This document shows positions 13,120-25,335 of a stretch of DNA of 64,000 bases, in pieces; the first letter of the stretch is position 1, and each line of letters begins with the position of its first letter. Under the pieces are notes generated by a model, which was not told the DNA's origin, made no database searches, and saw only the letters and a program-made list of their open reading frames with translations. The DNA is from Glaucostegus cemiculus. Its lineage: Eukaryota. The stretch spans positions 3,224,001-3,288,000 of the forward strand of contig CDPCPM010000060.1 in NCBI GenBank assembly GCA_976551045.1. The letters run 5' to 3'. The translations under genes and the position numbers were made by a program.

Positions 13120-13520
13120 GTAGAATAGTTATGGCAGGGAAGGAGGCCATTCTGTCCACTGAGTCTATGGGAACTCTTTGTAAGGCAAAGCTCTCAGTCC
13201 CTTTCCACTGCATTTCCCCCATAACCCTGCAAATTATTACCTTTCAAGTGCTTATCCAATTCACTTTTGAATCTGTTTCCACCACCCCTACAGACTGGTC
13301 CTAACTACTATGTTTATATATTTTTAAAAAAACTCATATTCACCTTGTCTTCTTTGACCAAAATTTCAGATCTGTATCTATCTGTCCTTAAGCCATTCAG
13401 TTACTGGAACAACTTCCCTCCATTTATCTAATCTAAAACAGCCATGATCTTCTCATATACATTGACAAGATCTTCTCTCTGTTCCAAAGTGAACAACACC
13501 AGCTTTTCCAGTCCTTGTAG
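13120..13520 (-). mobile_element. Degraded CR1 3' end
   Basis: ggaggccattc tail and ctgttccaa..gaacaac..cagc CR1 segments. Confidence 0.5.
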
Positions 13521-13831
13521 CCAAAGAGTATGAGAATTGCTAACTGTTGGTCCTTTAAAGCATTCTGACCAAGGGAAATATAGGAGTGAATGGATAATTT
13601 TCAGTTTTGCCTGATGATTATTCTTAGGGAATTACCTTTGAGGACAGGAAGTTACTTATGCAGATTGGGAGGTTGTGTTATGGGGTGAAACATCACATGA
13701 TCTATGAAAGTAGGATGAGGTTGTTTGATCATCATTTACTCTGGTCCCTGTGATATTTTTTTAAATGAAGTTTAAACATCGTTTTAAGTGAATAAAGAAG
13801 TGACACTTAATTCTTTCTCTTCCTAAATTAG

Positions 13832-13854
13832 CCAAAGCACTGGCTGAACACTAA
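13832..13854 (+). CDS. PLEKHA7: PLEKHA7 alternative terminal exon B (AKALAEH*), followed by 3'UTR
   Basis: Pyrimidine tract ttctttctcttcctaaattag; phase-1 join gives A-K-A-L-A-E-H then TAA TAA. Followed by about 0.9 kb of repeat-free AU-rich sequence with AATAAA at 13971 and 14735. Confidence 0.65.
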
Positions 13855-14734
13855 TAACAAGAGAGGAAGAAAGTATTGAGCAAGGAAGAAAGTGGGACAA
13901 ACCTGCAAAGCTGCTTTGATGAAGCGCAACATGGTATTTCAGTCAACCTGCACTAACCAGCCAGAAATTGAATAAATTTTGTCAACTAGGTTTTTGTATG
14001 GAACTAAAACAAAGACAATTTTTCATTAGGGGGCATTGAAACTGGAATTGTATTGACACTGAATTATAGATTGGTTATTTCATTGGGAGGCTATTTTTTT
14101 AAAAACATATGGAAAATATCTTGGAAGACACCATGACGGTGAAAGTTTGTTGATTCACACTGGAAACTAAAGTTTTACTTAGCACAACGAGGGTGTGTGC
14201 GGTAGGATTAATTTTTTTTAAGCATATATATTGTATTGCACTTTTTAAAATGTATATGAAATGCACATACACGTACCACGAAAAGCTGATTTGCTACATT
14301 TTAGAGTCAGAATGTGTTGAAGCAGATTTATATGAAACATGCATTTATTCAGAACAGTTTTGCAGTGTTTGTGAAATGTGTTTAATTTTATTTGCCTTTG
14401 TTCAGCTGCAATATTTTACGGTGACAACAAATTCTGTAAGAGAAAGGGCCAATTCCCTGGTCCCCTCGTGATCTACATTCAAGTGCTCATCTATTTTTGA
14501 ATCTAAAATTAAACTGCGATATTCCTACCATTTTTGGATCAATTTTAAAATGAATTTATTTTGTCTGAATCAAGCACTGCCAGAATGAACTTCTATTGCC
14601 AAAACCAAATGGATTCTATTGTAATTTCCATAGACACTTACAAAATGAAAAGCACAGCAGAAAAATTATTTTGAAAAATGGAGTATAGAAACAATTTTGA
14701 AATCTGTGGAAAAGTATTGCATAATGTAAATATT

Positions 14735-14740
14735 AATAAA
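14735..14740 (+). terminator. Likely polyadenylation signal of PLEKHA7
   Basis: AATAAA followed about 20 nt later by a GT-rich element (gtgtttcatgtg). Confidence 0.5.
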
Positions 14741-15789
14741 AAGATTCAACTAACAGTACTGTGTTTCATGTGATAAGATCAGATGATTATATGATTTGGT
14801 GGTGGTGCAGAATCTGTTTAATAAGAATAGTCAACTTGCAACAAACTAGTGTAGTGGTGAGCCACGTAAGGTTGAAGATCCAGGTGAGTAATAAGTTCCT
14901 TGATGTTATTAGAGCTGGTATCTCAGCATTACAAATTGCCTTTGGTGCTTTCCAGTCATGAAACTTAGAACAGTTTTATGCATCCAAATTGCTATCAAGT
15001 AGCAATGTGTGAAAATGTCTCTGCATGGACACGAGTGAATAGTCTCCACCAATTAGTGTTGAAAGTGTATGTAAAGAATGGTCACTTGAAGTATCAGAGT
15101 GGTGCTATACCCCAACTTGAGCTGCTGCTTTCAGAAAAGGTGAGTAAATAATGGCGATGGGTTGCTGATTGTTTAGAAGTACATATAAGGGGAAAGCTTC
15201 TGAGAATAATAGATACAGTAGTTAGTAAAGGAAATCTCTACAGAATAACACTCTCCGCAGCTATGGGGCTGTGTACTGTTTTATTTTCAGATGTTGACAG
15301 GGCAGATGCCTGAAGGTGATGCCTTGAAATATCAGACACCATTCACATCCCTCATTCAATATTTGGCAAGATTTCCCCAGGAGTACTGGAGAACCCGAAC
15401 GATGAACCTGCTCTGAATTGCTTCCACTTAAAGAGGAAAGGAAATAGCAGGATGTTGTGCAGTTCTTTCATAACTTTTGTGAGAGGTTGAAGAGGGTGAC
15501 TGCTCTTCATCTGAGTTATACCGTCAGCTAAAATATTTGTTACCCTAATAGTAATCTTGTTGTACAAACCCATCTAGGTCACGGAAATCTCCCAGTCTGA
15601 CCTATGTGACTCCAAACCCATCAAATGTGGATGATGCTTAATCACCATTGAACTCAGTAGGTAGAGATCTTCAATAAATACTGATGTTCCCAGTGGTGTC
15701 CCATGAATGACTGAATTAAAATTGATCAGAGTGTGAAGTTTGGAAAATTAATGTAAACACAAATTGTGAGGTACAATTATAGAATTCTC

Positions 15790-15920
15790 GCCCCCCCATT
15801 ACTCTCTCTCCCCCCACTCCCTTCCCCTGTTCTATCTCTCCTCCCCTTCTCTCTCCCTCCACCCTTACCCTTCCCTCTCTCCATCCCTCTCTCCATCCTC
15901 TCTGTCTGTCTCTCTCTGTG
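15790..15920. repeat. CT-rich low-complexity tract
   Basis: About 130 nt that is almost purely pyrimidine. Confidence 0.9.
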
Positions 15921-16607
15921 TTCCCAGCAGATAAATGTTGGTATTGAGTAGGCAGTTAAGTCTCAGTGCTAACTAGTCTTTTGTTAAAAGGTGCACATTT
16001 AACTGTAGTGGGCTGCTGCCTTTGCCAACTTGTGCCTCCTAATGAGGGATTCCTCTTGGTGGATCACTCTAACTCAAGGTAAGTTTCCATTTACCTTTCC
16101 TGTCAGTGGGGATTTGACAGCAAAACCCTGGCCATTGAGTCTTTCCTGGTCTTGGACCTGACCTTTCTAGGCCAGTGCCCACAGTGTGGAAATCATTAGG
16201 GGAATTGGGCATCCTTAACTTCTATCTAATTTGTGAGGTGAACTTCAGAAAAAACATTGCACCTGACATGCACACACATGGCAGATAAAACTGTTAATCT
16301 GTTAGTTATGGTCATTTGCAAAAGTCCACTGTAGGAATGGGTGCTCAGACTGGGAAAAGGGCAGCAAGCACAGGGAGATGCCGAAAGAAAGACTGGAGAC
16401 CCTGAGGAATGCCAGTAACTCTCTGAAACACAAGACTCAGCAGATAAGCAAACCAGTCCATAGCAGTGGACGGCTAATATTGTGGGATCTGCAAGATCAC
16501 AGTTTGGGTTGGGTACTAGGCATCTTATTACAGTCAAGTTCCTTTCAACATACAGGGTGTCTTCTTCCATATGGAACTGTTGGCAGTCTGTGTGTTGCTA
16601 CGGATCC

Positions 16608-16621
16608 CCTCTAGATGGCAC
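16608..16621 (+). promoter_or_regulatory. CTCF core motif
   Basis: CCTCTAGATGGCAC; one mismatch to the consensus. Confidence 0.5.
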
Positions 16622-17273
16622 CAGATTGAAAATGACCTTGGATTGAGAGAATTTAACTGTCTGGAGTCTGGAGGATCTTTGTGTCTTCTCTCTTTGTGGT
16701 CAACCATTTGGTACTGAACACAAAATAATGGCCTTTAAATTAGTGACTTTTAAAACTGCTTCTGAAAAGCATTTTGTAACCCAGACCTTGAAAAGTAATT
16801 ATCTTTAGTTGAATGTTTTAATTTATTTATTTTACATCTGTGCAATGGGACAGAGAGTCAATGTATCAGAATGATTTCAAGCAAGTGTTTACCATGCTAA
16901 AGAGAAATAGGCAGAATATCCAGGCGCTATGAAAAGCTATCTTCAAAATCAGAATTACGAGGCAGGCTTGTAAAACCTTGGGCCTGAGACACTGTAAATG
17001 TGCTTCTCCATCTCGTCACACTGTGCCACCAATTCTGCTTTTGCTGATTGTTTATTGATGCTGGTATCTGGCAGTTTGCTCTTCTGGTGCAGGAACTGCA
17101 GGGGCCAGGTATGGCTTGGACTCAAAACATCAACAGTTTTTTTTTTGTTGTTTCACAGTATTCAGATGCTCCTGACAATGTCGTCATTTATTACTCATTC
17201 TCAACTTGCTGAGGAGCCCTAGGATGTGTCACACCATTACGATTAGCCCTCTGCACGTGAAACAGGTATGTAT

Positions 17274-17289
17274 GGGGGGGGGGGGGGGG
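17274..17289 (+). repeat. Poly-G run
   Basis: G homopolymer of about 16 nt. Confidence 0.9.
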
Positions 17290-19363
17290 AGACCACAGGT
17301 TGAGATTCCAGGCAGGTAGACCAGGCCAGCACAATCTGGGTCAGTGTATTTGAAAGGTATACGTAAAAACCATTGAAAAACACTTAAAAAGGTGGAAGTG
17401 AAATGGTCTCAGTTTGTGGTATTTTTGAGTGTTTTGCTGTGGAAGGCTTTTGTTATAATTTATATGGAAATATTACCCATGTCATTTTTATTTCATATGG
17501 AGCTAACTGATTAAGAATTGTGGGATAACTGTCAATTCAGAATGAAAAAATGGAATGCCTACTAGTTTTCTGGAAATTGAATGAAGGTAAAATTAATCTT
17601 TGCTGGCAGTACCAAAGCCTGAAAGCTAATTGGTCTTCCATTTTACACTCTACCTGTTCTTTCTTTTCTATTGGTTGAATTGGCCAATTCTTGGTTGAAT
17701 TCACCACTATTGCTAAAATTCTTTCTGTCTGAATGCTGTTTGTTTTCATGCCTTCTCCTCTCATACTCACCAGCTTAGCAATTGAAGTTAATACATTTGT
17801 GTGACTCTTGGAATTTATGTATTGAATTATCCTGATCTTCAGCCTTTATTCTAATCACATTAAAAAGTCTAACTGAAGACATGTAGTTTGGATGAGAGCT
17901 AAAGAAACTTAGTTTGTGCTGGTTGTAGGTGCAATGCAAACATTTCAGAAACTGAGGAATTCCTCCTTGAGCTGGGTAAGATGTTCTCAGTTGACATGGT
18001 TCCAAAGGATTACTGGATGAACCACATGTATGTTGTGGTACCAAGCTATGTAGACTAAAATTTCAATTCTCCTTCAGTGGTGTAACAACAGTTCACGCTT
18101 ACAGTTGAAATGAGTACATATTTTGTTCAAAGGAAAGATCAGCCAGCCCTCCCAGATTTCTTAGTGACTTCTTTAAAAAAGTAAATTATGCATGTATTCT
18201 TATTATAATTGTATAGATTGAATGAATATAAGGCATAACAACTAGCCGATGTAGAAAGATGGGATTATTACCAGACCCCATGAAATCGTAGACCACTTGC
18301 AGGAGAGAAAAAGTACAATGTTTATGCTGTGATTGTCATGAACGAGATGCATATGGAACTTCACTTTGCATTTTCTGCTCTATTTTGGGACAGATGTACT
18401 CTTGATATATTGAATGCCACCTAATTATCAATATGGATGCACATTTAAAACATAATCTAAACATACACTACAATCCCCTTTTTATATGTTTTAAGTACAA
18501 ACATTTTAATAAATGTAATCTGAACACTGATGAAGAATTACATACAATTAATCTTCTCACTGCTGAATTATCTATATTTCCAGCATTTTCTATTCAATCT
18601 CCCAATTACTCTTTGTGTCAATTATTTGTTGATATTTACAGATTTGGGTGTGGAATTGCATGCTATTTGTCCTTTTGAACCTAAATCAAAATTAAGAAGC
18701 CCTCAGGGAACCAAACTGCACCCTCCCAAATCTAGAGAATGTACAATACTACTTCTGAGTAACATTTGAATGATGACCAGCTGGCTGTTGAGGCACTGAA
18801 AAGGGCAATAACTTGCACAGTATTTTAGGCAAAAGGAAATTTTTCTTCTTGGAACCCTTGTACAAAGAAAAAGACAAAATGTACATACATCACAGTCCCT
18901 GCAATTCTGTTTGAACAGTTGTATTGATCATCTTGGAGCCAACTGATGTGTAGTTTCTATTAAAATTTCTTAAGATGTTATTCTGAGTTCAAAGCTTCTG
19001 ATTTTTAAAGGGCATTTTTAATTTGGGGCCACATGGTATATTATGCTGGAAAAGATGGTGTTAACAAAGCCATAATGTATAGATGCATGGGTACGTTTCG
19101 AGGGACCCTGAGAACTGGCTATGCTGTGTACAAGCTGTTTTTGTTTTAGTTATGTGCCCTGCCAAACAGTAGAAATGCTAAACTGAAGCAATTGGGGAAA
19201 GGGTATAAACCTTCAAAGAATCACCACCTGCTTCCTCTTTCACATTTTATTCTGGAGCTCAGCCAGCTACATTATTTTGAACTGATTCTGCGTCTATAGC
19301 CTGCTAGAAGCTGGGTTTGCTGCCAAATTCAGAAATAACTTCAATGCACTGTATTTGACTGGC

Positions 19364-19411
19364 AGCCTGTTCACTTTCAAGCCTGTTCACTTTCAAGCCT
19401 CTTCACTTCCA
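19364..19411 (+). repeat. 16-bp tandem repeat x3
   Basis: agcctgttcactttca / agcctgttcactttca / agcctcttcacttcca. Confidence 0.9.
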
Positions 19412-20437
19412 CCTTTTTTGATTCTATCATGGCTGTTAATGGCAGAAAAACTGAAAGGTCTGCATGGCAGAGGTAACAAATGGACCATGATCAAAAGCAA
19501 ATCTGTTTGTACTTTTTTACGACCTTTAAAGGTTTCTGTAGAGTTCAGTGCATGGCATGGTTTGTCCTGCTTAATTTCTCCCTCTGCCACCCTTTCTAAG
19601 GTCAAGGAATGCCCCACTTGATCAAGGCAGAAAGAAAATGGATGCTGAGCCAAAAAAAGGCATGAGGAAAGGTGGAAGATTAAAGTTTATTTGAGAAAGA
19701 CCACAAACTACAAATACTGGAGGAGATAAAGTAGAGACGGAGAAGGTTAGGAAGGGAATTTTGTTTCATGGTGCTTATGTAGCCAAAAACATGTCTGTAG
19801 TGATTATAAGGGGTCTTATTGCAGATGAGAGATCCTAATATAGTTGAATGGGTTGTGGTGAAGGAACAAAGAGATTTTGGCAAACTTGTTGGCTCTGTAG
19901 GAATCATTCTTGAGCTTCTGCATCATTGTGCTATAACTGTGCTTGTCATGAATTTTTTGGCAGCCTTTTCGGCTAGATTCCTTGGGGCCTGTTGTTAAAC
20001 ATACAGTTCTTGTTAGAATGAAGGCAGACAGCTTCATCATATTTAAAATACCAACCCACTTCTGATAAGTGGATTAGCTACCAACCCTTGTCTCACTTGC
20101 ATAAAATGTGAAACAAGTAGGTTTGATCTGGTTTTCTTTAGTGTCTCAGGTTTTCCTGTTGTTGAACCTTAACCTCACACCTTTTGGTTGTTAAAGTCCA
20201 GTTTTTTGGTGTGATAACAGATTTGTTCTATTAGTGCAGATAAGTTTGAATGTCTTGACTGCAAGGTCATCACTTTTTGGTCAACAATTAAACATGATAA
20301 AAATCTGATTTGGTATTATCTCATGTAAAGTTCAATAACAATAATCAGATTCAAAGAGGGAGGTCAATCAAGGTGTGCTGGGCAGGTTATAAAAGCAATG
20401 CATAATTGAACTTATCAATAAAATTGTATTACTTGGA

Positions 20438-20456
20438 CCCCCCCCCCCCCCCCCCC
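20438..20456 (+). repeat. Poly-C run
   Basis: C homopolymer of about 19 nt. Confidence 0.9.
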
Positions 20457-21639
20457 AACCTCTCCTCTCACGAAGCCAACCCAAATGGTGATCTACAGAA
20501 GTTAAAAGATGGAGAGAAGGGATGAGGTGAGATCTCATGTCTAACTCTTGGTCAGCACTGGAATTAATGGGGCACATCCTCTGGAAAATGATGGTGAAAT
20601 TGCTGTGTAAATGCTTCTTTCTTGATTCTATTTTATTAAATTCTTATTTTTTTCATTTCTTCATTCTGCAATCTTCAGTGATATTTAAAGATCTTGACAG
20701 CTTTGGTCTTGCGCTCCTGAAGCCACGTTGGTCTAGTTTCTTGATTCTTCAAATTAAATCGCTTATGAACTTGTGCATCAGATTTTTATGATTGTTTACT
20801 TTGTGGCATTTTGTATATGGAAAAGATAGCAGTAATCAAATCTCATGAAATCTTTACCTAAACTAATTTAAGTTTTGGTAAATAACTTGCAAGTTCCAAT
20901 GCAGAATGTTCATCATGAAAAATAGAACCCCTTTCTTATTTTGTTACCAGCATTAATAGCAAAAAGAGTCTGCTCCTACTCTATAACTACTTCAGAAAGT
21001 AGAAAGGCATAAAAATGAGATAAAGTGGTTTTCCTTAGATTAAAGAGGGTTGGAATTGCTATTTTTTAAAGGCTAATGCTGACTGGAAAAGAGAATTTGA
21101 CAGGGTTTGCAAGAAAAAATCTTGAATGCAGCTGGAGTCAAAGGCAGGACTTTTAAGATGTGTTGGGATGACCTAACAGAATGAGTAGATATGCAACAGA
21201 TGCAGTTTTAATGTGGATAAATATGAAGTAAAACTAAAAAGGAGCATAGAATGAGATTGAATGGTATGGATAAATGTTAACCTGTGATTCAAACATGTAA
21301 TTTCATGAAAATATCAGACTGACAAAACCTTCAAAAGGTTCTCAGAAGCATTTTGGGTTTCTAGTTAGTGCCATTAAAGCATTGAGTTTGCTCTAAATCT
21401 TGGTTAGACTGATTAGACTACTGTTTTGTTTTGGGTGTCTTACTGTAGAAAGGTCATTAAAACCATGCAATGTTACCAAAATAAATTCATTTAGATATAG
21501 TCTTGTCCTTGCTACCATCTTTATGACAGGCATTATATTTAAATGGCTTCCAGTGAACAGAAGCAAAAGATTAGAGCATTTTAAAGCTATGAAGTTTCAG
21601 CCTATTCTGCCTCCAAGATCTGTCTCCCTTGTCCAGTCA

Positions 21640-22030
21640 CTTCCCACTTACAACCATGATGCCTGAGGCCCTCTGCTGTTTTGGTGGTTTCCTGGTCCAA
21701 ACTAACTAATTTTCTGAGAGCACGTGCTAGCCCTCTGTGTCTCCATACCACCAGGCAGGATGATCTGAGAGCCCTTTGCAGTGTCCTTGAACAAAGGCCC
21801 AACCACACTTTCCTTCCACCACATTCCTTTACCAAGCTAAACAGCTTCTCATTCAACTCTGCTCACTTTCTCCAAATCAAATAGCTACAGGAACTTAAAG
21901 GCTGTGACACCCTATACCCATCTCTTTGCTGGCTGCATGGAACAGCCCTTCTGTCAGTTCCATTCAGGTCTCCTGCCTCCATCAACTCTTCGTTAAATTG
22001 GTACTGCTTCCTGCACTGTTCTCCATAATG
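21640..22030 (+). mobile_element. Penelope-like element reverse-transcriptase remnant
   Basis: ALCSVLEQRPN...LNSFSFNSAHFLQIK followed by a frameshifted ..Y..LFAGCMEQ, resembling the PLE RT segment NNFSFN..HFLQ.KG.AMG..PSYA.LF.G..EQ. Confidence 0.65.
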
Positions 22031-22343
22031 AAATAACCCTTCCAACTGAACATCACAAATATTTGAGCTACCCTCATTTAAAAGGATTGTGTGGTGTTAA
22101 AATTGGCTTTGAAGCCAAATTGCTGCTTCCAAATAACAGACGATCAGCACTGGCACTTCTATCTGAAGCCTGTTCTGACTTTTCAATTTCACCATCAGCA
22201 TTTAAAGAAATTATTTTTTCCAAGAAGTCTGAACAGATTCAGCTTTGAAATTAAAAACAATGCATATATTGGCAATTCAAATTTCTAGCTCAATTTTGAA
22301 ACTTCTAATAACAAAATAGTCATTTGTTGTAAAGACCTCAACT

Positions 22344-22349
22344 TTTATT
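22344..22349 (-). terminator. Candidate polyadenylation signal of C11orf58
   Basis: AATAAA on the - strand about 415 nt after the stop codon. Confidence 0.45.
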
Positions 22350-22763
22350 TTATATGTACAGTATATGAACAGCTAAAAATATTTCTCTTAGCCTTCATTG
22401 AAACTTGAATGTTTTTGCCCCCTCTTGGACAGTTCTGTCAAAAAAAACTGGACAAATGATATGCATCTATAAATTACACAAAGTAATATTTTGTCTCACT
22501 TTAGACATATGGAACTCATTTAAAATGCAAGGGGCAAATTTTGCAAACATATAGGCACAAAAAAGTGAGAAAACTCAAGATCATTTTCACAAAATAGAGA
22601 TTTAAAAACAAAACTAAAGGTAGGAAACATTAGGGACATTGTTGGCAAGAGCAAGTCACATACTAAATCAGAAAATAAATCCAATGGCATTCTTTCCTCA
22701 GTAAAATGTACTGTAATTATACAAGTCATAACATTGAACAGGAGATCATATTAAAGGATAGTG

Positions 22764-22982
22764 CTAATTTGTAGATGACTTTACAAACATCATTTTATAA
22801 TTGCTTTTCAGGTCTTGCTTTTTGGTGTCTGCATCTTCTGACTGATGTTCTTCACGACTGGATTTCATGTTATCTGAAGAATAATCCTTTGACTGACCTT
22901 TATTTTCAGAATCATTCAAGCTATTGGTTGCCAAGTCTCCACCGGTACTGACCTGTTGCAACTCCGGTTCTGCTGCCTCAGG
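22764..22982 (-). CDS. C11orf58: C11orf58 exon 5 (terminal), PEAAEPEL...DLKSNYKMMFVKSSTN*
   Basis: Acceptor cctgtgttgcag; conserved C-terminal KSNYKMMFVKSS. The five exons total 540 nt, i.e. 179 aa plus stop. Confidence 0.93.
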   Translation of the reverse strand, partial: PEAAEPELQQVSTGGDLATNSLNDSENKGQSKDYSSDNMKSSREEHQSEDADTKKQDLKSNYKMMFVKSSTN

Positions 22983-23349
22983 CTGCAACACAGGTGAAAA
23001 TTAAATTTTCTAGTAGGACTGTCAATTAATTGCCTTTAATGCATGCACTTAACATCACAAATTAACACTAAAGTGCTAATGGTGTGTATACCACCAAAGT
23101 ATTATTTTAAAAATGTTATACACTGGCTTCTGTGGACCACATACTGAAAGTCTGCTTCAGAGCTTCTATTGCCATGCAACACTCACAATCCCTAATGTCA
23201 GCTGGTTCTCACACATTCTGTCTATTGTACAATTTTTTTTCCAGTCATGCCAAAGAAGTTAGTAAAACAAAAAATATTTTGAATTAATAACTGATGAACA
23301 TTGAACAGAATCATACACCCACAGGCCAAGCTGTGCCACGGATACTATG

Positions 23350-24420
23350 TTCAAACTGGCTTTTGTTAATTGGGTTTGTATCCTCAGCAATGGCAAGGCC
23401 CAGCATGTGAATGCTAGTGACAGTGCTGAATCATTCACAACCAAGTTCAGCCGAAGGGGGTGAAAAGATGATCTATCCTGGCTTCCTCCTGAGATTCTCA
23501 CCATCACAGAAACCAGTCTCCAGTCAATTCTCTCCATGTGAGATTGTGAAGCAGCCAAGAGCACTGGATACAGCAAAGGCCATGGAAACAGTCAACATCC
23601 CAGCTGTACTATTTGAAAAACTGCATTCTAAAACTAGCTGCACTTCTAGTCAAGCTGTTCCAGTATTGTTACAACACTTAGCACCTACTGGAATGTTATC
23701 CATGTAAAAGTTGATTGCAAAAAGCTATCAGCACCTGATTAGTCTTCTCAGTGATGGAAATGGCTATCACATGGAACTTACTAACAACCTGCTCACCACT
23801 GCCCAGTTTGGAGTTTGCCAGGACTACCTGGCTCCAAACATGGGCCAAAATGCTGAATTTCAGAAGCAAGGCAAGTGTGACTGATTGGTATTAAGGAGGC
23901 CAGGTAAAACTACAGTTAATAGAAGGGGGAAGTCTTCAATGCTGCTGTTGTACCTTGTACAAATAATGATGGAGGTCAATAATCAGCCTCAGGCTATCAA
24001 TGAGCTTCCATCTAAATGACTGAGGTGAGGATGTTCATTGAAAACATTTATTTGCATTGGCAACTCCTCACAAATGAAGTAACCCATACTTGCATTCAGC
24101 AAGATCTTGAAAAGCAGGCATGGGTGACAAGTTGCATGCAATGATCATTAAGAGTTTACCCACCTACTCTTGATATTACCATCACTAAGTATACTGGGAG
24201 TCACCATAGACAAGAAATTCAATGGGACAGCTCAAATATCCTGAAGCCTTTCCACTAGTCAGGATTGTAATGAAATAGCCTGGATGAGTACAGATCAAAC
24301 TTGACCCCCATTGAGGACAAAGTAGCCTGCTTGATTGATCCTCAAATCACCCTAAACATTCATTGCCATCCATCACTGACATATATTAACAAAATGCTGT
24401 GCAGTTACTCAAATATGCTA
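23350..24420 (+). mobile_element. Old degraded CR1-clade LINE (RT region)
   Basis: ALDTAKAM...NIPAVL (the K..GPD.IP motif preceding the RT) and an AQFG-type segment; many indels. Confidence 0.55.
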
Positions 24421-24444
24421 CTTCTACACTAATTAATCTGTAAA

Positions 24445-24532
24445 TTTTTAAATTTTATTTACAGCATGGTAACAGGCTCTTTTGGCCCAACAAGTCCGCA
24501 CCACCCAATTAACCAACCCGTCCGTCTTTTTA
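24445..24532 (-). mobile_element. SINE 3' fragment with a CR1-like tail
   Basis: tttatttacagcatggtaacaggc..ggcccaac tail. Confidence 0.45.
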
Positions 24533-24539
24533 AGAACAC

Positions 24540-25335
24540 TGATGTCAAACAAGGCTGCATCATCGTGCCCCACATGCAGCAAAATTCTTCTGGGAATGGA
24601 ACTAATCTTAACTATTGGAACTTCAATCTATAGTTGCTATAATCCCAAACCAAGGTGAGCCAAGCCAATGCAGACAATGCTAGCATTTGTGTAGCTCAAG
24701 ACGCACAAGAGGATGGACCTAACATCCACAAAGACCAGAAGTCCTGCACCACTGTCCTCTCTCAGAACTGGCACAAAACTCATGGTCTGAGCATCAGTGA
24801 TTCCTGCCCACTATGCCAAGACTTGATCTACCTGCAGTCTCAAGATACTAGAAAAATACACCAACGTCTCCACAAAAATCCTCCAAACTCAGTGAAAAGA
24901 TAAATAACCATACTCACCAAGGCCTTGGTTATTGTCAGCTGTACTGGGTAGGCCTGATGTCAGATACCCTAAAAGATTATTCTGAGCTCTGTCATGGAAG
25001 GAGGTTACCAGGCAAACAAAGACCAGATGCAAGAATACATCCAAATCTTCAAGTGCCATATCCCATAAAAGGGTCATGAGTCATAGTAGAGAAGGAGCAT
25101 TTGGAATGGGTATTAAAACCTCGAGGCAATGGATCAGGAGACAAAAAGCTCCAAGTGGTGGGAGGAGTACACTATCTCAAAAGTATCCACTCGCCCACTA
25201 CGTCAGACACCATGTATTCCATCTGCAGAAAAGACAGTTTTCACACTGGCCTCAATTACAACATAAGAGCCCACAAAACCACAGTGGAAGCAAGTCAACC
25301 TCAATCCCAAGGAATCGCCCAAGACTATGACTGTT
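24540..25335 (+). mobile_element. Degraded RTE-clade LINE 3' part
   Basis: caaggctgcatcatc (QGC motif), ELC.G.R..G.Q..R segment and a C-terminal C..C..GL..H remnant. Confidence 0.55.

Noticed and set aside
17109-17158. 50-nt GT-AG mini-intron
   Set aside because: Shorter than typical vertebrate minimal introns; the acceptor more likely pairs with a distant donor, if it is used at all.
20438-20456. Poly-C/poly-G runs as functional G-quadruplexes
   Set aside because: Simple homopolymers of uncertain assembled length with no supporting context.
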